From NCBI GenBank assembly GCA_026770705.1, contig JANJGN010000146.1:992001-1056000 (forward strand): a DNA stretch of 64,000 nucleotides. Reading direction: 5' to 3'. This DNA is from Isurus oxyrinchus (taxonomy: Eukaryota). Below, in pieces: positions 12,975 through 25,400 of this stretch. Each line of letters begins with the position of its first letter. The stretch's first letter is position 1. Made by a program: the position numbers and the translations under genes. The notes under the pieces were generated by a model. It had not been told where the DNA came from. It was given only the letters and a program-made list of their open reading frames with translations, and made no database searches.

Positions 12975-13385
12975 CACCGCATCGACAAACAAACAGTCCC
13001 TGCACCACCGATGCAAAGAGGCAGCAGTTGTGAACAACGTACAGGATGCATTTCAGGAACTCACCAAGGCTTCTTAGACATCATCTTACCAACCTACGAT
13101 CTCTACTGCCTAGAAGATCAAGGGCAAGAAATAAATAAGGACACCATCGAATTCAAGTTCTCCTCCACGCCACACACCATCCAGACTTCGATCAGATCAT
13201 CGCTCCTTCACTGTGGTGGAGGTTAAATCTTTGAACTTCCTCGGTAAATGCACTGTGCTGTATGTACACCACATGGACTGCAGTGGTTCAAGAACGCGGC
13301 TCACCATCACCTTCCGAAGGACAATTGGCGATTGGCAATAAATGTTAGCCTAGCCAGTGAAGCCTAAATTCTGGACAAAAAATTT
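12975..13385 (+). mobile_element. LINE 3' end (HER1-like)
   Basis: Same family as 44700-45345. Confidence 0.65.
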
Positions 13386-14257
13386 GAAAAAAACCTAGGA
13401 AAATTTATTTAGTTTGCAGAGATCGAGTCCTTGTTTATGAATGCATGTTGCCCCTGACAAGTTTTAATGAACCACGTGAACAACTTGACTGATTACCTTG
13501 AAGTTCTTGCTAGTGTGCCGCAATTAGCGCGCTCAAGGCTTCTCAATGACTGTGACCATTCGTGGAATCATTTCTAACTGTTGGAGTTTTGATTCGAGTT
13601 TTACAAGCGCGGGCTGCTTCAATTGGATCTTTGTTCTGTATATTACGTACCGGGTGGAGGGACATTTTGTTTGACTTGACCGACCAATCGCTGAGATCTC
13701 TGACTCACTTTGCTGGCGCTGGGATTCATACATTGCGTTACTCAATTGCCTGGTGAGTAGAAACTTGGCTTGTTCTATTATCTTCAACCAATTCGTGGAC
13801 AATACCACTCGTGTCGCCGTTGCATCGTGCCAACATTTTTTTTTTGTTGCTCCAATTTTGGGCTACCTGAGTCTTCCCGAATAATTTGAGATATACCCAG
13901 GTCTTTTCAGGCCCAAAAGGGAAAGCTGTGACCACTTAGCGAGTTTGCCTAAAGCACTGCGGACAAAGAGACTGCAGATTTATTTTTGTATACTTGCTTT
14001 TCAAATAATTTCATCCATTTCGATGAATTATTGTTTCTTATAATTGGTTAATTGAGATACAATAGTTTACATCTCAAATAAACTTTCTTCAAATATCTGG
14101 ATTGGACAAATGAAACCAATATATTGGTTGAAGTAGAATCTTAAACTGAAAGGAGATACGTATCCCCAGTGTAAACTAAAGCAGCACAATTGTATGTGTG
14201 ATTTCCAAACCTCTCTGTGTTTCTCTGCATGTTTTTTCTCTCCATATCATTGGGATG

Positions 14258-14625
14258 ATGGTGGCGCCGTTGCACTGTCATAAAGCTAATAATCCAGGTG
14301 TGAAGGCTAACACCTTAGAGAGGGAGGATCAAATCAAACCACGGCAGCAGATAGAGTTTAAACTCGTTGAATGAATCAGAAATTGTGAAACTAGCCCCAG
14401 CAATAGTGACCATGGAACTATCACAGTTTGTTGTAAAAACTCATCTGGTTCACTTAACTAGCCTGGCCTACTTGTGACTCCAGTCCCACAACAATGTGGT
14501 TGACTCTTAACTGTCCTCTGAAATGGCCTAGTAAGCCACTCAGGACAAAGGTCATTAGGGATGGGCAACAAATGATGGCCTGTTCAGTGACATCCATGAC
14601 ATGTGAAAGCATCAAGAAGAAATAA
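14258..14625 (+). mobile_element. SINE-like repeat sharing a LINE 3' tail
   Basis: Similar copies at ~26150-26390, 41515-41840 and 52250-52530. Confidence 0.55.
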
Positions 14626-16732
14626 ACAATTCAAATCCCTGATTTTAATAGCACAGCCTAGTATAGGAAGCAATCAAAATTCACATGAGATTTGCTAACT
14701 AGACAAAATTCAAATTGGCATATAATTATGAAAACACTTCCACATGGGAGTCTATGTGTAATATAACTACACTGGATGCCTGGTATTATTACTTTCAAAG
14801 ATGGATCACAATTGCAACATTCAACTACTGAAATGATGTCCATTTTGAAAACGACTTCTCTGTATGGATCATCCCAATTAAGAAGATGGCTGTAACAGGT
14901 CAATAACTGAACTTGTGTGTTTTGCTTCGTATCCTTTCTGATGCCTGGCGGTTAAAAACTACATTGGCTCCAAAACTATAGGCGCAAATTTGAAAGATTG
15001 ATGTTTTTATAATTACTAGCCATGGAATGCACAATGTATTATTTTTACTGCAATGATATAGTTGTATTCAAGATCACAAAGCTTTTTTCTTCAAGGCCAG
15101 GAGATCTAATTGCTCTTCGCAAAACTCAAAGAGATATCTGAACATTGTCTAAATTTAATTGTGATTTAGCCCTTACCGAGTTTGAGGACAAATGTTCCAT
15201 CCTGTTGTGGCCAAATAGCGTGCCACATTTTACTATACATTTTGTTATTATGCCTTTGGGACAGTACATGAATAGAGCTGATGATGGTAGAGTTTGGAAC
15301 ATTTTCTCAATGGTTTGATTCGGCGAGTCCGACAATGTCAGACCTTCCATTGGCTAGTTTGAGGGTCAGCTCTCATGTCCCAAGATGTGAATGAGGAGGG
15401 CTTTGCAGGATCGATTGGGCTGGCTTTCCCTTTGTAGCTTCCAGCATCTGGGAAAATCACGAGTGTTCCTCACACTGTTACTTTTCTTTTTTTGTTTCAT
15501 AGCGGCTTGCTCGACCATTTCAGACAATGGTTATCACTTAAATACTTCTCCATGGGTCTGGAATCACATGTTCTCCAAGCAGGGGAACTAAAGCACAATC
15601 CTTGCACTAAGATGCATTAATGAAACAGAACGCAATTTTTTCCTTCTTGATAAGAATATACTTTCATGGTCATTATTCGTGATGTGTCATTTTTCTTTTT
15701 CTTTGCCTTCTTAATTTCAGTTGCATTTAGAGAACTTATTTCAACTACTTTAGCCACTGCTGTGGGATCTTAAATTATGTCGCGAATCAATAAAATGGAT
15801 TTCGTGTTTTAGTCCATTAAAATAATTACTATGCTACCATGCCCCTGGACCATTTTCTCCTAAAGATTCAAAGAGAATCGGAGTCAATCGAACATGTGAA
15901 AATGAGAGAGAATGACTACTTTCAGGAAAACCATTGAAAGAGAATAAAACTAAAGTGGGTAGATGCAAGTTATATATAGATTACCCATGATCTAACTGAA
16001 GTATAGGAAATATTAGAGCAGCTGGATGTATCCTGCTTTTCCTCTGAGTCAACATGTTCAGGAGAGGAACTCCAAGGCTGTTGGGTAAATGCAAAACTAA
16101 AAACCATCCAAAAGCAATTCTTTCAGGCGACAGCGAGAGGGGATCCTGCGAATGGAGAACAGAAAGTAAAACAAAAAAAAGGAGCAATGTTTGCCAATAC
16201 AGACAGTGGAATTTAATTTCAAAGGCCAGTGTTGCTGGAAGCACAATAAAACACGCACCCAACTGAGAGTGTTCTAATGCAATGACGATGCAAAGATCTG
16301 CAATCACTTCCATAGAATTAAATTGAAGTTGCAGCATTTGCAATGGGGAGAGACGCTGCAACACTTCTGTCTGTGGAATAGATTTCAATGGATTACCCAA
16401 CCTGGGCAGGACGTACTCTACGGAAGCAAAGCTTGACAATACCTGGACCATAGAATGGGATTCGTTTGCCCACCCCAGCTGGAGATTTATTGAAATGTTT
16501 CCACAGGTAATAAATCGTTCACCTGCACCATTGGCGAGGAAGCATATTGCCAGTTGTCCCATTCTTTCAAATTCAAGTGCATTCATTCAGATAATAAAAT
16601 GATTAAAACGATGTTTAGGCGAGAAGAGACTCAGTCATTCGCTTCAATTGTTGATAGGTCAGCGAATTTAGAGATTTGATTCTGCTGTTTATAATCATGA
16701 CAATCATTTCATGGAAAACTTAATAAGTAGTC

Positions 16733-18122
16733 ACAGAATCAAAGGATCGCACAGTGCAGAAGAGGCCCTTCGGCTCATCGAGTCTGTACTGACACGTGAG
16801 AAACACCTGACCTACCTAACTAATCCCATTGACCAGCGCTTGGCCCACAACCTTGAATGTTAGGACGTGCCAAGTATTCATCTAGACACTTTATGAAGGA
16901 TGTGAGGCAACTCGCCTCCACCACTGTCCCAGGCAGCGTATTCCAGACCGTCCCCAATACCTGGGTAAAAAAGGTTTTCCCTCACATCCCCACGAAACCT
17001 CCTGCCCCTCACCTTGAACTTGTGTTCCCTCGTGACTGAGCCTTTGACTAAGGGGAACAGCTGTCCCTATCCACCCCTTCAATACCCCTCACAAGCTTGT
17101 ACACCTTGAACTGGCCGCTCCTCAGTCTTCTCTGATTCGCCGAAAAAACCCAACTCTATCCAACCACTCTTTATAACGTAAATGGTTCATCCCAGGCTGC
17201 ATCCACGTGTACTTCCTCTACACCGCCTCTAGCACAATCACATCCTTCCTATCATTTGGCGATCAAAACTGCACAGAGCACTCCAGCTGTGGTCTCACCA
17301 AGGTTCTATACAACTCCAACATGACCCCTCTACTTTTGCAATCGTGCCTCGATTGAGAAAGGCAATTGTCCCAAATGCCTTTTTCACCACCCCACTATCA
17401 TGCCCCTCTGCCTTCAGAGACTTATGGACACATGCACCAAGGTCCCTTTGTTCCTCAGATCTTCCTAGTGCCATGCCGTTCATTGAATACTTCCTTGTCA
17501 AATTACTCCTTCCAAAGTGTATAACCTCTTGCTTTTCAGTGGTAAATTCCATCTGCCACTTATCTGCCCATTTGACCACCACGCCGATATCTTCCTCCAG
17601 CCCAAGCCTCTCAACCTCACTGTAAACCAACCGGCCAATCTTTGTGTCATCCGCAAACTTACTATTCCTACTCCCCACATAGTCATCTATGTCATTTATA
17701 TAAATAATGAATAATAGGCAACCCAGCACAGATCTCTGTGGTACACCACAGGACTCGGGTTTTCAGTCACCAAAGCAGCCTTCTATCATTACATTCTGTC
17801 TCCTACAACTAAGCCAATTTATAATCCACCTTTTCAAATTACCCTGTATCCCATGTGTATTTGCCTTATTTATAAGGCTGCCATATGGGACCTTGTCAAA
17901 GGCTTTTCTGAAATCCATATTAACTACATCAACTGCACTACCATCATGTACACACCTGGTCACCTCCTCAAAAATTCAGTCAAATTTGTTAGGCATGACC
18001 TACCTCTAAAGAATCAATGCTGAATATCTCTTATCAAACCTTCTCTCTCCAAGTTAAGGTAGATTCTTTCCTTCAGAATTTTCTCCAATAGTTTCCGGAC
18101 CACTGACGTGGGACTCACTCGT
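16733..18122 (-). mobile_element. CR1 LINE RT + 3' end
   Basis: DVVNMDFRKAFDKVPY, LFIIYINDID and SKFADDTKIG. Confidence 0.92.
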
Positions 18123-18139
18123 TGTTCGGTAGAACAGAA

Positions 18140-18530
18140 TGTGAGAGTGCTGATCAAAGACACATGCTTTCGAAACTTTTCACCTTGGACTCATCAGGAC
18201 AATTCGCAAGAGTAACAAAAAAATCAAAGGGAACAACATTTAAAACGTCATGAGAAGAGTGTGATGATTGATGGGCGAGTGAAAATGGATTACTCGTGGC
18301 GTTGCAATAGAGAATGCGATAATGACCTGATGAATGGAAGTTAACTGTCAACCGTTGTTTACATTCAAATCAAGTATGTTGACTCTGATTGGTCAAGACA
18401 TTTCATGAGGCCATGAGCCAGAGACAGGCTCTCCCGTCCTTTGTTCAGTTGAAATCGGCGTTACTCTTGCAAATTGTCCTGATAAGTGCAAGAGCATAAG
18501 CTTCTACAACATGTGCATTTTTCTGCTACT
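18140..18530 (-). mobile_element. Penelope-like terminal fragment
   Basis: Reverse similarity to 10950-11180; cctgatgagt...gaaaagtttcga terminus. Confidence 0.55.
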
Positions 18531-19487
18531 TAATCCTTTAGACAAATCCCTTATAAAGTGCAGAGCAATCGGTTTGTTTCAATTAACATCGGAAGACATA
18601 ACAAATGATAATATGTACACAGCATGAATGTCTTGGATTGGATTTTCTGCTGAGATCAATGCTGAGTCCTGAGACTTTCGGTTGGTTGTAAGTCACGACA
18701 CGGGAAATTCCAAATAACAGCAAGTGTGTAATATTTAATCCACGATTGGGATAGGGGGTCATTGTGAAGCGTAACCCACAATTGCATTCTAATTACTGTT
18801 TCTGTATCAGGATGGCAATAAACTTTTATAATGCATTGTGGATGGTGAAGATAATGTTTCCATTAAATTTGTTTTTTTTTTTGTTCTGGCCAGTTGCGAT
18901 TTGTAATCATTTAAAAGGGGAGATTGTTGCCAGTGTAACTTATATTGTATGATGACTCTGCGGATTTCGCCTCCATTGCCAAATGGAAGAGGCGAACAAA
19001 ATGTTTCCTTTATCTGTGTCTGTAATATTCCAGTTCCCTCTTGCTATGTTTATGGGAAAAGAGTTCAAGTGTGAAGCGGAGCCTGCTCAATATAGATCAA
19101 TGGGTGGGGACAGTGTCCGTTTCCATTTCAGGGCGCCATCTACCATCAAGTTCCAAAACATAGGAAGGGGAGATAGCAAGGTTCCTACATTTAATAGTGA
19201 AACTTTGTTGCCAAGTTATACATTTTTGTCGGACACTTTGTCTCCTACATGAACGTCGAGACACCCCGGGACCTTAGGGACAGTTGGGAATGTACCAGGC
19301 CCGCTCTGGAAAGGGGACAAAAAATAAAAACTAACTGGGAAAATGCAGAGTTAGTTATATAATTCTGAATTCACACCTCGGACAGGAGGTAACTCTGTTT
19401 CTGCGAGTTGAAGCCATATGTAACATGTACAGCAACAGCAATGGGTGGGGTATAATGTAGAATTCATGTTGGATTTCACTGCTTTCA

Positions 19488-20395
19488 TCATTTAAAAAAA
19501 TTAACAATCAGACTCAATGGATATTTCACACCATTCTTTAACTCCTCTCTGAATTTACTCTGGGTACCTGCATAAATAAAGGGGTTGATGCAGGAACTTA
19601 AAAGCTGCAGCATAAGTCCACATTCCTCCATTATTATATTTGATTGATTGAAATTCGAGCCATCGAAATAACTAACGCTGGCAATTCGTGCGTAGAGGAA
19701 AGTTTTAAGAGCGAGGAAATATAACAGGATGAAACTTCCCGAGATGGCAAAGAGTAAAACGATGGACTTTCTCCTCTTCTCCATCTCTGGGTCGCTTTGG
19801 TTATCACTCTTGCTGTGGGCTCGCAGTCTTCTGCGGGCTCGACTGGCCACAACAATGTGCCTGACCGTCAGAACATTGAGCAGCAAAATAAGAACGAACG
19901 GGAGACAAGGGGTTAAAACGGCATTTATGCTGTCATATGCCACCCATCCGGGTGATGAATACAATATTGGCTTTAGTTTGCAGTACCAGGGTGTATTGTC
20001 CGTGATAACAGAAGGTTCACAAGCAAAGTACAAGGGTATTCTTTTAGCACAATGCACAACGCAGACAGTTCCTATGACCACAGCTGCTGATTTCTTGGTG
20101 CAATATTTGGTTTTCAGCTGCTGACAACAAATGGCTACAAATCGATCAAAGGTGAAAGCAACTGTCACCCAGACAGAAGAATCCCTGACGCCATATATGA
20201 ACACAAGACTGAGAGCAAAGGCCGGAGTGATGGAGAGGAAACTGAATGGGAGATATGTACCTACAATCCGGTTTAACATCACAGCAAGGATCATGATCAG
20301 GAGATCCGTCACGGCCATGGACATCAGGTAGTATGTGATACATCCAGTGAGACCGCATCTTCTTCGGGACAGGATCACAATTACTGCCAGATTAG
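19488..20395 (-). CDS. GPR139-like GPCR (paralog B), coding exon 2
   Basis: Acceptor ctgtcacAG|CTAATCTGGCA, then an open frame (A)NLAVIVILSRRRCGL...FTFDRFVAIC...NPFIYAGTQSKFR...stop. Joined to exon 1 it gives 325 aa. Confidence 0.93.
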
Positions 20396-21784
20396 CTGTG
20401 ACAGAGGAATATAACCAGGAAGTTTGCGGTGGGGACAAATGAATATAGAACAGAAAATGTTGAGAAACTCACAAATACAGCATTGGTCATGAAAAGAGAG
20501 CAATGTTCCCATTTCAGTCCTATGACTTATATACTCCAGTGGAGAAAGAAAGACTCATTCCAAAATGCAGCAAATTGTCAATACTGTGCTGATTTACAGG
20601 AGGAATGCGGGCTCAGTCCTATAGTGAATATTCAAATTGCTGCATTGTTACTCAGTTAAATGAAAAACAATCAAGTATCCTCTTGCTTGTTGTTTAGAGA
20701 AGAACAGGCTAGGACATTGGAAAAAGAAAGGTACACAATGCTAAATCGACCTAAGAATTTGACAGAAACTGAGTAGATGGCGTTGAATGGAATTAAATAC
20801 AAAGTGTTACTCTTGTGGGCATAATCCAGCAAATGAGAACAGAAAGAATGGAAAAAAAACTCCTTTGGAAGAAAATAAAGGGTAACTAGAACTCCTGAGT
20901 TATGATGACGTGCAGCGAACACAACTGTCCTTCACAGCAGGGTGGAAATCCACACACAGTTTAAGGTTCAGTTGCTGTTAAATTGAAAGACATCAAGCTT
21001 TAGAGTCAAAACGTCCTGGATTAAAGCCCAACTTCAGCTCCCTGAGAATTCTTCGCTGCCCAGGGTGCCAGGTTTCCGCTAAGGTAAGAAACCCTGGGCC
21101 AGTCATTTAATATTCTGCACAGATTTATCAGATAAATACTGTTCATATTCCAGCGAAATGTTAAAAGGAAAAGAATGAGATAATGCATAATACAGATACA
21201 ATTACTCTGTAATAATTCACCCACGGTGACAATGCCGTTGAAACAATAGAAAAACATTTCCTCAGTGGTAACAGCGTTATACATTACGCTTTTTAAACAT
21301 ACCAAGAATAAAATAAAAGAACATCTAAAACCTCGAACGGTGGCGGTAAACAGATGAAAGTGTCCAATTAAACTGACTAAATGTTACTAGCTCAGGGAAG
21401 ATAGTGCATTGTTACTGCTGAACTATTATTCTTGCATTGGGGAGAAACTATGTCCAACGGAAGAAATGACACAGACAAACTTGAGCGACTCGACATGTGA
21501 TGATGACTAATCATGTCAGTAAAAGAAAACAATTGTGTTGCTAAAATGGAGAATTAAATTAAGCATTTCCCTTGAAGTGGAAAAAAGTGACATTGTCTAA
21601 CGTGATAAATTGGGACGATGTCGCCGTAATGTTGATAGATTGTCCTGTTTAATGGGAGAAAGAATATCGTACCATGCAGAAGCAAAGCTCCTAAATACGA
21701 ACAATGATTCACTAAAATGAAAGCAAACCAAAGAGAAGTGATTAAACAATGATTTCAATAGCATAGCAAACCAAAATACTTAAC

Positions 21785-21854
21785 CTGCAATCCCGATCGC
21801 TGCAATGACGGGATAATATATGATGAAAATAAGACCTTTTGGCAATCCGTGCAT
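21785..21854 (-). CDS. GPR139-like GPCR (paralog B), coding exon 1 (MHGLPKGLIFIIYYPVIAAIGIA)
   Basis: 70-nt exon from ATG to a phase-1 donor G|GTTAAG. Homologous to exon 1 of paralogs C and D; intron 1389 nt. Confidence 0.9.
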
Positions 21855-21905
21855 TTCTGTCACCAGCTGCGAGTGTGTTCTGCACCACAACTAAAGACAG
21901 TCACA

Positions 21906-21975
21906 TATATATCTCACGCCAGCCTCCAGGGAGACAATTACACGCTTTGATCTTTTGCAATAATTACGCTAATTG
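21906..21975 (-). promoter_or_regulatory. Proximal promoter of paralog B: TATA-like box, homeodomain/Ebf composite TAATTGTCTCCCTGGAG (21924-21940), extra TAATT sites
   Basis: Motifs read directly from the sequence; spacing to the ATG is identical in paralogs C and D. Confidence 0.7.
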
Positions 21976-22904
21976 AAACAAAGCTGGTCGTGCTGCAGCT
22001 GACAGGAAATTATTTTTGTTTTGACGGAGTAGAAAGCTCTTCAAGGTCACTGACATTGTTCTGGAGGAACATCCTCACAAAGTGCCCTTCTGTCTTCCAC
22101 ATTAACACAAACCTACATTGATGTTTCTTTATCATCTGCCCTTTACCACAACCGTTTCCCGCCGCTATAGTGAAAACAAGAACTCTTCCATTTCTCCCTA
22201 TTCCCCAACTTCGATGTAAAGTCATGGATCTGAACCTCTTACCGTTTTCTCTCTACAGATGCTGAACGGTCTATTGCGTATTTCCAGCATTTTTTGTCTC
22301 ATTCTGTTCGCATTTGGTATGGAAATGTTCAACTCATCACCTTTATTTAGCTTTAAAGTACTCAAATCTTCTGTACGGCTTCTTGCATTGTGGATTATTC
22401 CACATGAGTTAAATTCATTGCAGACATGTCAAATCCAGCTGTAGTGATTGTGCACAGTTGTGTAGCTGTGAACGGCTACGTTTTACTTGATCAGATGCAA
22501 TCAAGCGCTTATGCGTTAATTATGCATAATTATAGAGAGTACGCTTAAACTCCGTAAACGGAGGTCCAGTTGAGCACGATTCTAGGTAATGTGGACCGTT
22601 CCAGTTCGGTATGGTTATGTGATGTGTCGAGGCTCCATTTCTGCCACGTTACATTCATTCATGACGGATAAGGAAGGGTAAGTGTGCACGTCCTTTTCCC
22701 GTAAATCGCTTTCCGTGTCGCCAGGCGAGATTATGCACGGCTGCACTAAGTCTGCAAAGGCCCAGTTCAGTCATCTTGCATTGAATATGGACAGGCCCCA
22801 TTTTAACTACTATCTTCAATGTGCACATGTGAAGCAGTGTTATAAATCTTGCGCAGATAGTTAATTCCTCATGCTTCCTTTCAGTGTCCGGAAAAAAATT
22901 ATCC

Positions 22905-25400
22905 ACCGAAATATTGAAAATAGGAGTAGGATTACTCCTTCGAGCCCTTCGAGCTTGCTCCGCCATTCAGTTTGATGATGGCTGATCCTCTATCTCAACG
23001 CCTTAGTCCTGCACTCTCCCCATACCCCTTGATGCATTTGAAGGCTAGGAGTCTATTTATTTACTTTTTAAATATATGCAGTGACTTGACCTCCACAGCT
23101 CTCTGTGCTAGAGAACTCCGCAGGTTCGCCACCTTCTGATTGAAGACCTTTCTCGTCATTTCAGTCCTAAATGGTCTAACCCGTATCCTGAGTCTGTGAC
23201 CCCTTGTTCTAGACGCCCGAGTCAGAGGAAATATCATCCCTGCACCAGCCTGTAGATCCCTGTCAGAGTTTCATATGTTTCAGTGGGATCGCCTCTCATT
23301 CTTCTGAGCTCCAATGAATAAAGGCCTTGCTGGCCCAATCTCTCCTCATACGACAATTCTACCAGCCCAGAGATCAGCGTGGCGGACCTTTGCTGAACTC
23401 CCTCTGCGGCAAATATATCCTTTCTTAGATAAGGAGACCGGAACTGCACACTCTACTCCAGGTGTGATCTCACAATGACCATGCACAGCTGCAGTAAGAC
23501 ATCGTTGCTGCTGCTCTCAAATCCTATCGCAATAAAGGTCAACGTACCATTTACGTCCTTAAGTGCTTGCTGCACCAGCATGCTTGCTTTCAGTGATTGC
23601 TGCGCAAGGGCATCTCGGTCCCTTTGCACATCAACATTTCCAAATTTATCACCAGTTAAATGATATTATGCTAATCTGCTTTTCCTGCCATAGTAGATAA
23701 CTTCACACTTATTTTCCCAATCACTGAACCTGCGTAAGTCGCCTTGAAGCGTCTGAACACTCGCCTCATCGCTCACATCCTCACCAAGTTTCGTGTCATC
23801 AAAAATTGGAAATTTTTCCTTTTGTTGCGTCATGCAAATCATTGATATATATATATTATATATATATATACACATATATTTATATATATTGTAAATAGCT
23901 CGGGCCAAAGCACTGATCCCTGCTAGTCCACTCGTCACCGCCTGCCACGCCAAAGAAGACCCACTTATTCCTGCTCTCTTTCCTGTCTTTAATTTTACAC
24001 GCTAACCTTTTATGTGGGTCTTTGTCAAAGACTTTCTGATATTCCAAATACATCACAGCCACTGGTTCTCCCTTACCTTTTTTGCAGGTTATGTCCTTAA
24101 AAACTCCATAAGGTTTGTTAAACATGATTTCCCCTGATGGATACATGTTGACATTGTCTCATCCTATTGATATTTTTCAAGTGCCCTGTTATCACATACT
24201 CTACAATAGACTCTAGCATTTTCCCTACTATTGAGGTTCGGCTGACTGGTCTGTAATTCGTTGTTTTCTCCCTCACTCATTTTTTTTTTAAATACCGGGG
24301 TTATAATTAACACGCTGCAATCTGCCGGTACTGTTGCAGAATCTACATAATTTTGGAAGATGACAACCACTACACTCACTATTTACAAGGCCACCTTGAG
24401 TACCCCAAGATGTATATTATCAGGCCTTGGGGATTGATTGGCTTTCAGTCCGATTACTTTCTCCAGCACAACTGTGTTTGTAACATTAATTTCGTTGAAT
24501 TCTTCCTTCTCAATAGACCCGAGGTTCCTTCGTATTTCTGTGAAGTTATTTAAATCTCCCTAAGTGAAGACAGAGCTAAAGTAATTGTTCTATTATAAAT
24601 GCTCCCGTTTCAGACTGAGGTTTTTTAATAAATATATTTATAGATGCTTTTAATGACCACTTTTATGTTACTTGCAAGTTTACCCTCATCCAATATTTTC
24701 CCCCCTTATTCGAACTCTTGGTCGTCCTTTGCTGAGTTCTAAACTATTCCCAATCCTCAGGCTTGCTAATGTTTCTAACATCTTCACATGAACTCTCTTT
24801 AGATCTAAAGCTATCCTTAATTTATTTTGTTACCCATGGTGGGGCCGTTTTTCCTGTCTTGTTCTTTTGGGCAAGAAAATAAAGTATAACTTTTGAAATG
24901 TATGCACACTTTCGTTAATCATTGGACGTTGTCTACGCACCATCTTTCCTTTTAATAAAGTACTCCAATTGATCTTAGCCAACTCAAATCTCCTACCTTT
25001 GTCGATTCCTTTGTTAGATTTAGCACCCTCGTTTCAGACCAGACTACTTCACTTTCCATTCCAATGAAGAATTCTATCATGTTGGTCACTGTTCCCCGAA
25101 GGACCCAACACAACAAGATTATGATTTAAGTGCTTCTCATTTCACTATACCAAATCTAGGATAGCCTGATCCCCAGTCCGTTCCTCAACATACGAGTCTG
25201 AAAAAAAAACATTTCGTACACACTACAGGAATCTATTCGCCATTGTAATTGCTATTTTGGTTTGCACACTCTATATGTAGTTAAAAGTCATCCATGATTT
25301 CTGGAGCACCCTTGTTACATGCAAGTCCAAGTTCCTATTTTATGCCGTCCCCTATGTCGGCACTGCTGTCTGGAGGTCTGCAGATAAGTGATCTTTTCCA
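22905..25400 (-). mobile_element. CR1 LINE, ~2.5 kb degraded ORF2
   Basis: ITPVFKK, YLEYQKVFDKDPH, WQAVTSG, DDTKLG and QFRSPYLRKD. Confidence 0.9.

Noticed and set aside
20396-20438. N-terminal MSPPQTSWLYSSVT of ORF 19488-20438, and the GTG/TTG starts of the other GPCR ORFs
   Set aside because: This is intronic read-through upstream of the splice acceptor. The true N-termini come from exon 1.
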